IMG/VR virus record: IMGVR_UViG_3300037200_000120
Span: 1-64,000 of that record
Direction: 5' to 3' (one strand)
Source: a virus
DNA length: 64,000 bases
A program made the position numbers and the translations under genes. Of this stretch, positions 9,657 through 19,456 are shown one piece after another (the stretch's first letter is position 1; each line of letters begins with the position of its first letter). Under the pieces are notes generated by a model that had not been told where the DNA came from, searched no databases, and worked only from the letters and a program-made list of their open reading frames with translations.

Positions 9657-10124
9657 ATGAATATGAACAGACTATACGAAATCCTCAAGGCGACCACGAT
9701 CCAACTTCGCAAGGGTGAAGCGGTCGTCACCAAGCAGCCGGGCGTAACCGAGATATTCGCGATGCCGCACGTCGATGAAATACCGGCCGGGTTCGTGCCT
9801 GTCGATATGGAATTTCTGACGATCGGCGTCAATCTTTCGGAGGCTGAACGTCATAGAGGCGATCTGATCGAGATTCTGAAAACCTACCCTGACCAGCGCC
9901 TTGCCCTTGGGCCGTCCTACATCGAAGTCGGCGGCGAGATAGGCGATCAGGGCGCGGCGTTTCAGCTTTTCGCGCTCGGGTCTGTCCTGGGCCTTTGGAA
10001 TCTCATCACGCCGACCTCGCTTGGGTTTGACAGTGATGAGGCCAGAGAAATTGCCGGCCGCGGCTACATCATGATCACCGGCTTCGATCCTGACGGAAAG
10101 AGACCAGAAGGAACGGCGTCATGA
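9657..10124 (+). CDS. Hypothetical protein
   Basis: AGGAGG RBS; GPSYIEVGGEIGDQG motif. Confidence 0.7.
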   Translation: MNMNRLYEILKATTIQLRKGEAVVTKQPGVTEIFAMPHVDEIPAGFVPVDMEFLTIGVNLSEAERHRGDLIEILKTYPDQRLALGPSYIEVGGEIGDQGAAFQLFALGSVLGLWNLITPTSLGFDSDEAREIAGRGYIMITGFDPDGKRPEGTAS

Positions 10125-10182
10125 CGGATGCGAGACGGACGAAGACGCTTACCGATACGGATATCTGGACGGCGTATCGCAG

Positions 10183-10638
10183 ATGAAAGACGCCATTTGC
10201 GCGCTTCCCCTCCCCGAGGCGACGCCCGACCCGCGCGATGAAATCCGCCGCGAGTTGATCGAACACCTCGATCGGCAAATCGAGCACGCGAAAGAAAACT
10301 CAGCAAGTCTCATTGCTTGGGAAGCAGATTATCCAGACAACAGAAGACCGAGCGAGGGTCGTTGTCGAGAGAGGGCCGGACAGTACCTCGAAGAGGTCCG
10401 CATGCTGTTCGCGGGCTGGCCTGAGAAGCCGATTCCGCTGCCGAGTCCCGACCCGCGCGACGCCCTGCTGGCGTTGGCAAAAGAAGCCTTGATCCATGTT
10501 CGCGAGACCATAGACGCGGTGGATCACGTTATCCCTGATTGGGCTAAAGAAGAGTCGGTCGCGATTCACGAAGCCGGGATCGTCGTTACGGAAGCCATCG
10601 CCGCCATCGAAGAAGACAATAATGGAACAGATCAATGA
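10183..10638 (+). CDS. Hypothetical protein
   Basis: In operon order; ATGA overlap with the next gene. Confidence 0.55.
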   Translation: MKDAICALPLPEATPDPRDEIRRELIEHLDRQIEHAKENSASLIAWEADYPDNRRPSEGRCRERAGQYLEEVRMLFAGWPEKPIPLPSPDPRDALLALAKEALIHVRETIDAVDHVIPDWAKEESVAIHEAGIVVTEAIAAIEEDNNGTDQ

Positions 10639-11927
10639 CCGAACCATCAATCCCTGGCCACTGGTATCTCGGCGTGGCGTCGTTCATCGCGGCTCACAAC
10701 GCCGTCATCGGCGACAAAGACGCCAAGATCGCCAGGCTCTCCGCCGAGCTGGAGGTAATGACGCGCGACCGAGACGCATGCAAAGCGCTTTTTGGGCCGA
10801 GCGAACGCGCCGCTCAAATTGCGACCGACCGGAATGTGATGCTGTCCGCTGAACTGGTCGAAGCGAAGCGGCAATGGAGCAACTACGAGTCGGCTGCGTC
10901 AGACTGGTTTGCTCGGGGGAATGCCTTAATGGCGGCTCTGGAGCGCACGATCCCGGGGCTTGAAGATAGAGCCGCGAGAGTGCGCGCCGACTGGGAAACT
11001 ACGGATGAGCAGGAGGCCGACGCCGAAGAGGATGTAGCGACCGCCCGCGCCGCCATCGCCAATATCCACGCGACGAAGGGTAGAGGGCGCCCGACATATA
11101 ACATCACCATCAGGGCAGAGCCTCGTGAGGGCGGATACTACTTTATATCGAGTCCAGAGTTAAAAGGGTTTACTCTTTTGCTGGAGCCGGGAAACTATGA
11201 CGATTTGAAGACGTTTATTGACGCTATTTATGAACCGCTAACGAAGTATTTGACAATACTCAATCGTGCTCGCAGTAACGCGCAAGCGAAAAATGTTCGT
11301 ATGCGTTCTCTGAAGATGAGCGACGGCACCCAGATGGTAGAGCTGTCCACCCAGTTGGAGGCGGCGCGGGAGGCGGCAACGCGGGCCGATCGCATCGCCA
11401 AAATGACACAACGCGGGCGGCGGTTCGCCAGCGAGCAATGGGCGAGAGCCGCTCAGGAAGCCTTGGACGGCAAGCCTCAAAACCTGCGCAATCGCGTCGA
11501 ACTACAGCGGGTGTCGATAGCTGCGGTCGGCCGTGATCAGACGGACGGTTCCCCGTTAATCGAATTGGACGAAAATAATCTGGCGTTTATCGACGAAGGG
11601 TTGGAGGCGGCGCGGGAGGCGCTGGAGCCGTTCGCGAAGATCGCGGACACAATCCCAGATGGCCTCTCAGACAACTGGATTCTCGAAGGCGCTTGGGCAG
11701 AAGGAGTTTTTTCGACAGTCACTAACGGCGACTTCCGCCGCGCCCGCGCCGCGCTCGGCAAGCTCGCCGCGACGAAGGGGGCGCCGCAGGACGAAACGCC
11801 GCGATGGCCCCACGGATGCCCTCACCCCAACTCGTGCGCCCGCCATGGTCAATGCGGGTATCTCGGTTGTCGATATGAGGGCATGGACATCAAGGCCGAC
11901 ATTCTCGCCGCGACGAAGGGGGAGTGA
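10635..11927 (+). CDS. Mosaic protein with an internal HicB-like module
   Basis: 430-aa ORF with internal DNA repeats; AT-richer module YNITIRAEPREGGYYFISSPELKGF. Confidence 0.65.
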   Translation: MTEPSIPGHWYLGVASFIAAHNAVIGDKDAKIARLSAELEVMTRDRDACKALFGPSERAAQIATDRNVMLSAELVEAKRQWSNYESAASDWFARGNALMAALERTIPGLEDRAARVRADWETTDEQEADAEEDVATARAAIANIHATKGRGRPTYNITIRAEPREGGYYFISSPELKGFTLLLEPGNYDDLKTFIDAIYEPLTKYLTILNRARSNAQAKNVRMRSLKMSDGTQMVELSTQLEAAREAATRADRIAKMTQRGRRFASEQWARAAQEALDGKPQNLRNRVELQRVSIAAVGRDQTDGSPLIELDENNLAFIDEGLEAAREALEPFAKIADTIPDGLSDNWILEGAWAEGVFSTVTNGDFRRARAALGKLAATKGAPQDETPRWPHGCPHPNSCARHGQCGYLGCRYEGMDIKADILAATKGE

Positions 11928-11928
11928 C

Positions 11929-12189
11929 GTGACGCTAGATCAAGCTCGCCGAACCGCCGCATTGATCAAGGCTCACGACCGAGCAACCAAGATTATTTCG
12001 ATCATGGAACAGAGCGACAAGCCTTACGTCTACGCCGAGTTGTCCTGTCGAGATAGCCCGGCCGCTGACGTCGAGGGGAATCACCCCTATAATATCCTCG
12101 CCGTTCCGCGCGACCTCGCAATCAAGATGCTGACGGCGCTGCGTGCCGACGCGATCCAAGAGATGCAGGCTTATGGAGTTGATGTTTGA
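11929..12189 (+). CDS. Hypothetical protein
   Basis: GGAG RBS, GTG start right after the upstream stop. Confidence 0.55.
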   Translation: MTLDQARRTAALIKAHDRATKIISIMEQSDKPYVYAELSCRDSPAADVEGNHPYNILAVPRDLAIKMLTALRADAIQEMQAYGVDV

Positions 12190-12200
12190 CAGATCGTCCC

Positions 12201-13779
12201 TTAACGTCTTCCCCGCCCTAAAGGACGGGGATTTCCACAACCGGAGGCGAACGTTCTCGCCCGACACGTAGAATATTCCAAGCCGCGTTAACGTCGCGAT
12301 CATGCGACGCCCCACAGTCGGAACAAGTCCAGTGCCTCACTCCAAGCGCGCCCATACCTTTCGGACTGCTGGCGGGACGAGTCCCACAGCACGAGCACGT
12401 TTGGGAAGTCCATCGTTCGTCAGCTTCGATGTAGCGAGCGTTGTGCCTTCTGGCCTTGTACGCAAGCTGGCTACGGAAGGTCGTCCAACTCGCGTCGAGC
12501 ACGGATTTAGCCATCCGAGTCTTTGCCAGTTGAGCCGCCTTCACATTGCCGACGACGATCAGTTCGTTCTCGCGAGCAATCCGCGTGGACTGTTCGTGAA
12601 GGTGGTGGCGGCGCGTGTTGGCGATCTTGGCGTGGATCGCCTTGACGCGGGCCGAATTGTTGGCGCGTTGCGCTATCGCAAGCTGCGCTTCGTATTGCCG
12701 GTAATGTTGCAGCGCCGGAACCTCGGACCCGTCCGTGCAGACCGCCAGCGTCTTCAACCCAAGGTCAATGCCGATTTCGCCATTGCCGGTCGGAAGGTTG
12801 CCTTCGACCTCGCATTGAAAGGCCACGTACCAGCGCCCGCGCGCATCCTGAGTGAAGCAACCTGCCTTGATAGCGCCGCCGAGGTCGCGCGACTTCCAGA
12901 ACAGAAACCGCCGCTTGAGATAGGTGACGGCGTTTCCGGCGACTTGGACGGCGCGCGGAATAAACGGAACCCACCCAAGCGCCCGCTTCGGGCCGCCGCT
13001 GGCGCGGAACCGCAAGTGGCCTTTCTTGGCGTCGCGGGAGACGGCGAACTGGCGGCAGATCGCGGCCACGGTGTCGGAGTGCAAGCCAAGGTCTTTCGCC
13101 GCGCCGGTGCAAAGCTTGATCAGGTCGAAGCCGGTCGGCCACTTGGTGGCGCGCCCGGCTTTCCATCGCTGCTCAGCCTCGCGCTGAATTTGGCAGCAAT
13201 AGTTCCAGACCTGATTGCACGCCCAAGCGTGGCGGGCGAGATGCTTTCCGGCCCCGCTGTCCTTGACGCGATATTTGAATGTGAGCATCATCCCGGCCGG
13301 TGTAATTGGTCTGAGGCCGAAATGCAAGACTTTCGTACAGGGCGGCATGTTGTCTACGAACTACACGTCCACTTGGTCTTTGTCACGAAATACCGCCGCG
13401 ACGTGCTGTCGGCGCTCGCTATCGACGACATGTCGCGCATCTTCGCCAAGGTCTGCAAAGACTTCGGGGCCGAACTGATCGAGTGTAACGGGGAAGACGA
13501 TCACGTCCATCTTCTCGTGAACTATCCGCCCAAGGTCGCGATTTCCAATCTCGTCAATTCCCTCAAGGGCGTGTCGAGCCGGCGACTTCGCGAGGATAGG
13601 CCCGAAGTGAGCGGGCGCTATCGGCAAGGCGTCCTGTGGTCGCCATCCTACTTTGCAGCGTCATGCGGCGGAGCGCCCCTATCGGTGATTTCACAATATG
13701 TCCGATCCCAAAGAGAGGCGCTTACGCGCCCCGCTATCCCTCCCCGGCCTGAAGGCCGAGGTTTCTCGCGGAGAAACAG
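12201..13779 (-). mobile_element. Complete IS200/IS605-family element (divergent tnpA and tnpB)
   Basis: Subterminal hairpins CCCCGCCCTAAAGGACGGGG (12211-12230) and CCCCGGCCTGAAGGCCGAGG (about 13742-13761). On the - strand the right end finishes GAAGACGTTAA and the left end follows CCAT. Exact ends are inferred. Confidence 0.85.
12218..13291 (-). CDS. tnpB: RNA-guided endonuclease TnpB
   Basis: GIDLGLK RuvC-I, TSQTCSCC...CSDC zinc finger, DRDVNAAWNI RuvC-III. RuvC-II reads IVVGNV. Confidence 0.95.
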   Translation of the reverse strand: MMLTFKYRVKDSGAGKHLARHAWACNQVWNYCCQIQREAEQRWKAGRATKWPTGFDLIKLCTGAAKDLGLHSDTVAAICRQFAVSRDAKKGHLRFRASGGPKRALGWVPFIPRAVQVAGNAVTYLKRRFLFWKSRDLGGAIKAGCFTQDARGRWYVAFQCEVEGNLPTGNGEIGIDLGLKTLAVCTDGSEVPALQHYRQYEAQLAIAQRANNSARVKAIHAKIANTRRHHLHEQSTRIARENELIVVGNVKAAQLAKTRMAKSVLDASWTTFRSQLAYKARRHNARYIEADERWTSQTCSCCGTRPASSPKGMGALGVRHWTCSDCGASHDRDVNAAWNILRVGRERSPPVVEIPVL

Positions 13780-13834
13780 ATGGCTGACCCATCAGAAACA
13801 ACCACAGGATTCCGGCGCTACGCCATTACCGTGA
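13322..13834 (+). CDS. tnpA: Y1 HUH transposase TnpA
   Basis: HLVFVTKYRR, EDDHVHLLV, LKGVSSR, LWSPSYF, QYVRSQ. The ORF runs through the element end. Confidence 0.95.
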   Translation: MQDFRTGRHVVYELHVHLVFVTKYRRDVLSALAIDDMSRIFAKVCKDFGAELIECNGEDDHVHLLVNYPPKVAISNLVNSLKGVSSRRLREDRPEVSGRYRQGVLWSPSYFAASCGGAPLSVISQYVRSQREALTRPAIPPRPEGRGFSRRNRWLTHQKQPQDSGATPLP

Positions 13835-14151
13835 TTTTCTGGATTCTCAAGGGATGGTGGAGCGTGAGAGACGATCTGCTGAAGCCCGGGCGGCACGCGG
13901 CTGGTGCCGGCAACCCAATCGAACGCGTCACCATCGAAACAACCGTCGCCGTCGATATAGAAGAAGGCGAGGCCGGTGGCTGGTACGCGTCGAGCCCCAT
14001 GGTCAAGGGATTACTGCTCTTCGGCCATAGCCGCGATGAATTGCTCGCGAGGATTCCCGGCGCCATCCGCGAACTCACCGCCGCGAACATGGACCCGGAG
14101 ATTATCGCGTTGCAGCGGGTCGCGAACGCTAGCGGAACGGGCCGCGCATGA
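13780..14151 (+). CDS. HicB-like / DUF1902-like protein
   Basis: VDIEEGEAGGWYASSPMVKGLLLFGHSRDELLARIPGAI; paralog at 22241. Confidence 0.65.
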   Translation: MADPSETTTGFRRYAITVIFWILKGWWSVRDDLLKPGRHAAGAGNPIERVTIETTVAVDIEEGEAGGWYASSPMVKGLLLFGHSRDELLARIPGAIRELTAANMDPEIIALQRVANASGTGRA

Positions 14152-14411
14152 CCCGCCGCGCGATCCCGCAAGCCGAGCCGGGCAATGAGAAGATCGACCT
14201 CTATACGAAGCCGGCCGATATCGGGGATGGTCTATGATCCGCAGCGTGCTTCCTCCCTTTCCCGACGCGGCTTTTGTCCTGCGGAACTATCTTCCGGTAT
14301 TATGTAGCAACCGTCCAAAGCAATTTTGCGGCGCCGCCCCCACCTATCACAAAGGAAAACTGAGATAGGAGGCGCGCCATGTGGGCGCGCGCGGCGATGG
14401 CCGTACTGCTT

Positions 14412-15212
14412 TTATTTAACGTAACCCCCGTCGCAAAATTGGATTGCTCCGGACAGGAGTTTTGTCAGACAAACACTAGTCTCATGCGACTTGGCGCTTG
14501 TCCCGAAATAGATAAATGTCGCTTTGATACTGATTCCACGTTCTGTTTTAGAGATAGAATCGATAGCTTCTTGCGTCATGGGAGCGGAAATAATCGTAAA
14601 GAACTGATCGTCCGTGGGCGCAATTGGGGTCAGTTTGTTGGCATCGGATTGCCCATAAGATCTGACGAACTGCCCGTTGCCAAGCTTTATAAAGGTCTCG
14701 TAAGTTCCGCCAGTTACAAATCCTTTCCCGTCGTTTGTAAAATGGAAGCTCCAGTATACTTGAATCATTCCGGTTTTTTCATTTCGAAAACGTTCTGGTG
14801 CTCCCAAATTCTTTCCAGCCCAGATTATGGGTATTTGCTCGTCACGCATTTCGTCAAGTTGCCCCTCGATGGCGCGGAGAGTCCTATACGCGACGAGAGC
14901 GCCTATTATTCCAACGAAGACCAAGGCAAGCGTGAGTCTGCTTATGGATTTGGTGGATTCGGCGACAGTTCGTTCATAACGATGGCTATCGTCTTCTGTG
15001 TCGGGTTTTTTGCTTCCCTTCAGGCAGGCGAAGAGTTGTTTTATTTTAAAAATAATCTGCTTGGTTGGGTGTGGTCTGGGTTGGCCACCAGTTGCGTGGC
15101 GATTATTTGGTGGTTTTTGTTTGAAATCGTCCCGTAAAGTGCGAATCCCAACGCTTGCGCAATAGAGGGTCGCCGCGGCGACTAGCGCGGCAATAGCGTA
15201 TAAAACACTCAT
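14412..15212 (-). CDS. Membrane-anchored passenger protein
   Basis: Low-GC 266-aa ORF with three hydrophobic segments and TLRAIEGQLDEMRDEQIPII. Confidence 0.65.
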   Translation of the reverse strand: MSVLYAIAALVAAATLYCASVGIRTLRDDFKQKPPNNRHATGGQPRPHPTKQIIFKIKQLFACLKGSKKPDTEDDSHRYERTVAESTKSISRLTLALVFVGIIGALVAYRTLRAIEGQLDEMRDEQIPIIWAGKNLGAPERFRNEKTGMIQVYWSFHFTNDGKGFVTGGTYETFIKLGNGQFVRSYGQSDANKLTPIAPTDDQFFTIISAPMTQEAIDSISKTERGISIKATFIYFGTSAKSHETSVCLTKLLSGAIQFCDGGYVK

Positions 15213-15224
15213 GGTAGGGCCTGA

Positions 15225-15464
15225 CTAAATTTCCTCCAACCTTACCGCGTCCCGCTCCAAAACCGCTAGGCAGGCCACGAAGAAAGTTGCCGGGAACGTT
15301 CCGCGGGCCAACTTGCTCGTGACGCCGGCCTCGGTTTCCTCCAGGCCGTGCGAGGTCAATCGTTCCGCCAAGTCTTTGTAGCTGAGTTCCGCTCGCTTCA
15401 ATTCCGCTTTCAAGAACCGTCGAATTCGGTTGGCGTATTCCAATTCCTTAGCCGGCATAACCAT
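15225..15464 (-). CDS. DUF6471-like HTH protein
   Basis: LKAELKRAELSYKDLAERL...SKLARGTFPATFF, divergent from the transposase. Confidence 0.8.
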   Translation of the reverse strand: MVMPAKELEYANRIRRFLKAELKRAELSYKDLAERLTSHGLEETEAGVTSKLARGTFPATFFVACLAVLERDAVRLEEI

Positions 15465-15568
15465 GATGGCTTCTCCATGTGCAATTTATCTTGCACATAT
15501 GCCATTTTCCTGTTGACTATGCAACGCCAGTATCCTATCATATGTGCACGGTCAAGGGCACATATGCA

Positions 15569-16552
15569 ATGTCGCAACACTTCCTTCTTTCCTCTAGCGC
15601 CCGCACTCTCAGCCTCGCCCAAGTGCTGCGCATGAGCGATACGGAAGCCGAGACGCTGTTCGCCTCGCTCCGCTGGCCCGATACCAAGGGCGAGCCGGTT
15701 TGCCCAGGCTGCGGTTGCCTCAAGCCCTATACCGATCGCCGCCCAAGCGGCTCGCTGCGCTTCCGTTGCCGCGATTGCGAGGCTTCCTACTCTCTCACCA
15801 GCGGGACACTGTTCGCCTTCCACAAGCTCCCACTCCGCACCTATCTCGCCGCGATTGCAATCTCGGTAAACGAGGTCAAGGGCAAGAACGCGCTCGCCCT
15901 CTCGCGCGATCTGGACGTGCAATACAAAACCGCTTTCGTCCTTTCCCACAAAATCCGCGAAGCCGTCGCCTCGGAAATGAAGGGCGCGCATGTCGGCGGC
16001 GAGGGCAAGGTCGCGGAAGTCGACGGCGCATATTTCGGCGGATATGTGAAGCCCGCCAATCATGCCGAGAACAGAGTTGATCGCCGGTTGGCAGTCAATC
16101 AAAATGGCAAGCGTAAGGTCGTCGTCGTCATTCGCGAACGCGACGGGCGCACGCTCACTCAGGTGTTTAAGAGTGAACTTCAATCAACCACGTTCATTCG
16201 CTCGAGAGTCGCCAAGGGAACCGAGCTGATGGCCGACGAAGCCAACTCTTGGAACAACCTAGAAGCGAGCTTTCCAATCAAGCGCATCAATCATCAAGAG
16301 GCTTACAGCGAAGATGGCGCTTGCACGAATGATGCGGAGAACTTTTTCAGCCGCATGCGTCGCGCCGAGCTTGGCCACTTCCATCATATTGCTGGCGTCT
16401 ATCTCGGTCGCTACGCCGCTGAGTCCGCTTGGCGCGACGACCATCGCGTAGAGCCGAACGGGATGCAGTTCCGCGCCATCATCGGCCTTGTCGCTAAGAA
16501 CAAGCCTAGCGTGGATTTCTGTGGATATTGGCAGAGGGCGAATGGCGCGTAG
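15569..16552 (+). CDS. IS1595-family DDE transposase
   Basis: RWP..PVCPGCG...CRDC zinc ribbon, SGTLF, EVDGAYFGG, LMADE, INH, TNDAENFFSRMRR. Confidence 0.95.
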   Translation: MSQHFLLSSSARTLSLAQVLRMSDTEAETLFASLRWPDTKGEPVCPGCGCLKPYTDRRPSGSLRFRCRDCEASYSLTSGTLFAFHKLPLRTYLAAIAISVNEVKGKNALALSRDLDVQYKTAFVLSHKIREAVASEMKGAHVGGEGKVAEVDGAYFGGYVKPANHAENRVDRRLAVNQNGKRKVVVVIRERDGRTLTQVFKSELQSTTFIRSRVAKGTELMADEANSWNNLEASFPIKRINHQEAYSEDGACTNDAENFFSRMRRAELGHFHHIAGVYLGRYAAESAWRDDHRVEPNGMQFRAIIGLVAKNKPSVDFCGYWQRANGA

Positions 16553-16703
16553 TCGCGCAGAGCCCTGGAAAAGCCCATTGTGCGCAGATATGGCGTTCTT
16601 GCTTCGTCCAGAAAAGCCCCCATTGCGCATTCAATGGGAATGAGGTACATGGCAACCTGGTCAACGCCCCGTCATTTGGGGAACGATTCGGGACAAATGT
16701 AGT

Positions 16704-17081
16704 TTGCGGGACATTCGGCGGGATTTGCAGGAACGGTTGGCCGACGCGGAAGCGCGACGGGCATTCCATACTGCCGAACTCGATATCGCCAATAGCGAAG
16801 TCACCGCTATCATGGGGCTGATGGATATCGAAGACCGCCGTATGTCTAACGCGAATGATGCTGCCGACGATGGCGGCGAAAAACAGCCCCTGAAAGATTT
16901 CATCTTGCACTCAATCGGGGCTGGTAAAGCTACCAAAGCCGATCTTTTGCTCATGGCCAAAGCCCGAGGCTACGAGATCGATGGACGCAACATCCATTTG
17001 ACGCTCGTAAATCTTTTGCATGCGGGGATAGTGAGGGAAGGTCCCTCAGGGAGATACTCGATTCAGTCAGCGCCGAACTAA
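16704..17081 (+). CDS. Coiled-coil plus winged-helix passenger protein
   Basis: RDIRRDLQERL...GRNIHLTLVNL; paralog of 18968..19456. Confidence 0.7.
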   Translation: MRDIRRDLQERLADAEARRAFHTAELDIANSEVTAIMGLMDIEDRRMSNANDAADDGGEKQPLKDFILHSIGAGKATKADLLLMAKARGYEIDGRNIHLTLVNLLHAGIVREGPSGRYSIQSAPN

Positions 17082-17271
17082 GAATTGGGCTGCGGCTTGC
17101 TCCCGCAGCCCCTTATGTGGGGAGTTCTAGAACCCCCGCTTAACCTCCCCGGTCGCCACAACCGGGTAACAGGGACGGCGGTGCATCGGGTCCAAACCGA
17201 TGCATCGCCGCGCACTACATTAGAAATATAGCATGGTCACTCGGCGATGGGAATCCCCATATTTAACATTA

Positions 17272-17703
17272 TTAACTTGCTTTATTTAGAGTCCATACCC
17301 GCGACCCCCTCACCTTCCCCTCGCCGTCGATCAGCCCCCGCCGCCACTGTTGCCGCAGCGCATGGATCATCCGCGTTGCCATAGCCCGCGCCAGCACCTT
17401 ATCGCCGATGTCCAAGCCCTTCGCCGCCATGACGCAAAGGGCCAGCTCCTTGGTCGTCTTTGGCCCGCTGGCGAGCGCGTCCTTGCACAAGCGCATCATC
17501 TCGCCGCGAGCGAACAGCCGGTGAGTGTCGACATAGGGATTGATCGCGCTCGGCTCGCCCGTCGCTTCGAATAATGCGATGCAGGCGTTGACGTGCGAGA
17601 GGTCGGCCCGCGCCTGGCCGATGCGCTTTTCGTATTGCGCGATCGAGGCGAGGATTTCGGTTCGCTTGTAGCGGAGCGTGGTGACGGTGCGGATTTCGGC
17701 CAT
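17272..17703 (-). CDS. Coiled-coil plus winged-helix passenger protein
   Basis: Close paralog of 20734..21180 (AEIRTVTTL..KR.EI..SIA.YE...QARADLSHVNA). Confidence 0.8.
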   Translation of the reverse strand: MAEIRTVTTLRYKRTEILASIAQYEKRIGQARADLSHVNACIALFEATGEPSAINPYVDTHRLFARGEMMRLCKDALASGPKTTKELALCVMAAKGLDIGDKVLARAMATRMIHALRQQWRRGLIDGEGKVRGSRVWTLNKAS

Positions 17704-17969
17704 ACCGGAAAATATAGGCCGGCACCGTGGATTTTCCTTGGACCGATGCTACATAATACCGCTATCTTCCGCCGTTTCACGTGGAACGCGCCTAGAATTT
17801 GCTCGGATTCTCCGATATCGTCGGAGATCGTCCCCTCATTCGCCCCCACAGCCCGTCGCTACCCGTCAGAGGCGGCAATATTTACGATGCTTGTTCTCCC
17901 CCCGCTCGCTCTCCCCCTTCCCTGCCATGTCGGGAGGCTATTGGACTATATTGGCGCTGAGTTGCCGTC

Positions 17970-18518
17970 ATGACCATCATCGACCGAGCCCGAGAATTTG
18001 CTGTTGACGCCCACGACGAGCAAAAGCGCCGGTACACCGGAGAGCCATACGTTTCCCACTGCGATGCAGTCGTGGCTATTCTACGAAGCGCTGGTATCAC
18101 GGATGAAACGACGATCGCGGCGGCATTCCTGCATGACGTTTTGGAGGACGCGCCCGTCACCTTCTATGAACTCGAGCGGGCCTTTGGTTCGGATATCGCA
18201 GGGCTTGTATCCGATCTAACTGACTACGGTCCTGGAACCGGCAACCGGGCTAAGCGGAAGGCCATGGATCGAGAACGACTCTCCCGCGCGCCCGCCAAAG
18301 CCCAAACCATCAAAGTCGCTGACATGATCGACAACACGTCCTCTATCGTGGAGCACGATCCTGATTTCGCTGTGACGTATATGAGGGAGAAGGCATTGCT
18401 GTTGCCCTTGCTGACGAAGGCGGATGAAGGGTTGCTACGCCGAGCGGCGGGGTTGCTGGCGGATTATGAGAATCGCGGGGCGATCACCTCGCTAATGGTA
18501 GCCCGGAAACTCTCATGA
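17970..18518 (+). CDS. HD-domain hydrolase, small alarmone hydrolase (Mesh1/SpoT-HD-like)
   Basis: AH..QKR..GEPYVSH, AAFLHDVLED, VSDLTD, IKVADMIDN. Confidence 0.85.
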   Translation: MTIIDRAREFAVDAHDEQKRRYTGEPYVSHCDAVVAILRSAGITDETTIAAAFLHDVLEDAPVTFYELERAFGSDIAGLVSDLTDYGPGTGNRAKRKAMDRERLSRAPAKAQTIKVADMIDNTSSIVEHDPDFAVTYMREKALLLPLLTKADEGLLRRAAGLLADYENRGAITSLMVARKLS

Positions 18519-18967
18519 GCGCGACCAAATCCTGCCTCGAACGAACGCCGTTTTTCTGCCACGAGGAAGACCGCCCATGCGCCGGATGGCTGGCGATGCG
18601 GGCACCGGCGGACGGCACTGTGGAAATGCCCGGTATTATGTAGCAACCTCACCCCACAAAAACGCTCGACTTATGGCCGGCCCGCTGACACCGAAAGGGG
18701 CTGGTGAATGAGTGCGACGCCGCGCCGTCTGCGCATAGATTCTGTGTCCCTCAAGAACTATTTGGTACCTGGTCGTCCCCCGGACCGCCTCATGTCGTCA
18801 CGTTTCCCTTGCGGGGCGGCCGATTTCGCGTCAGTTATTTATAGCGGCGATTCCTCATTGGGGTGCTTTTTGAACTGTCCACAGGCCATTGAGCCTCAAT
18901 GCGCCCATCGGGATTTACTCATTCGTTAGAATCACCGTATTGCGGTTGCCGATTGGGAGGTAGCCCA

Positions 18968-19456
18968 GTGATTCGCGATATTCGAGACGACCTCATCGAC
19001 CGGCTTAACTCGCTGGATGCGAGGCACATGCAAGCGATGATGGCTTTCGCTCAGCGCTACGAAGAGATGCAGCGCGAGCATCGCAAGGAGGTCGAAGCCA
19101 TCGGTCGGGAGAGGGAAGCGATAAAAGCCATGTTGGCGCTAGAGGACGATCGTTTAGGCGAGGGGCGCGGAGCCTCTCGCGCGGCAGAGCGGTCTCTCAT
19201 GCCGTTGGGCGAATTCATCATCACCACGCTCTGCGCTCGCGGCCCGATGGAAAGGGAAGATATCAAGATCGAAGCCAACGCAGCCGGCTATTTCGGCAAT
19301 GGAGCCAACGGCCGCACGTTTAATACGACCTTAATGAATCTCGTGAAACACGGAAAGTTACTATCGCACGGGACCGTTTACTCCGCTCGAGGCGTCCCGA
19401 GCTACCCGCTGTTTCAAAGCGAATCGGTCGCTGATGGAGATCGCCCTCTAATGTGA
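18968..19456 (+). CDS. Coiled-coil plus winged-helix passenger protein
   Basis: GGAGG RBS, GTG start; IRDIRDDLIDRL...GRTFNTTLMNLVKHG. Confidence 0.75.
   Translation: MIRDIRDDLIDRLNSLDARHMQAMMAFAQRYEEMQREHRKEVEAIGREREAIKAMLALEDDRLGEGRGASRAAERSLMPLGEFIITTLCARGPMEREDIKIEANAAGYFGNGANGRTFNTTLMNLVKHGKLLSHGTVYSARGVPSYPLFQSESVADGDRPLM

Larger units (their letters stand above)
14295..17761 (+). mobile_element. IS1595-family element with passenger genes (3467 bp)
   Basis: Perfect 15-bp TIRs CGGTATTATGTAGCA (14295-14309) and TGCTACATAATACCG (17747-17761); 8-bp TSD CTATCTTC (14287-14294 and 17762-17769). Confidence 0.95.

Noticed and set aside
12302-13321. 510-aa extended TnpA
   Set aside because: The N-terminal 340 aa are the antisense of tnpB. 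TnpA motifs begin at ATG 13322.
14379-15137. 252-aa + strand ORF
   Set aside because: It is antisense to 14412..15212, which has the more protein-like membrane architecture.
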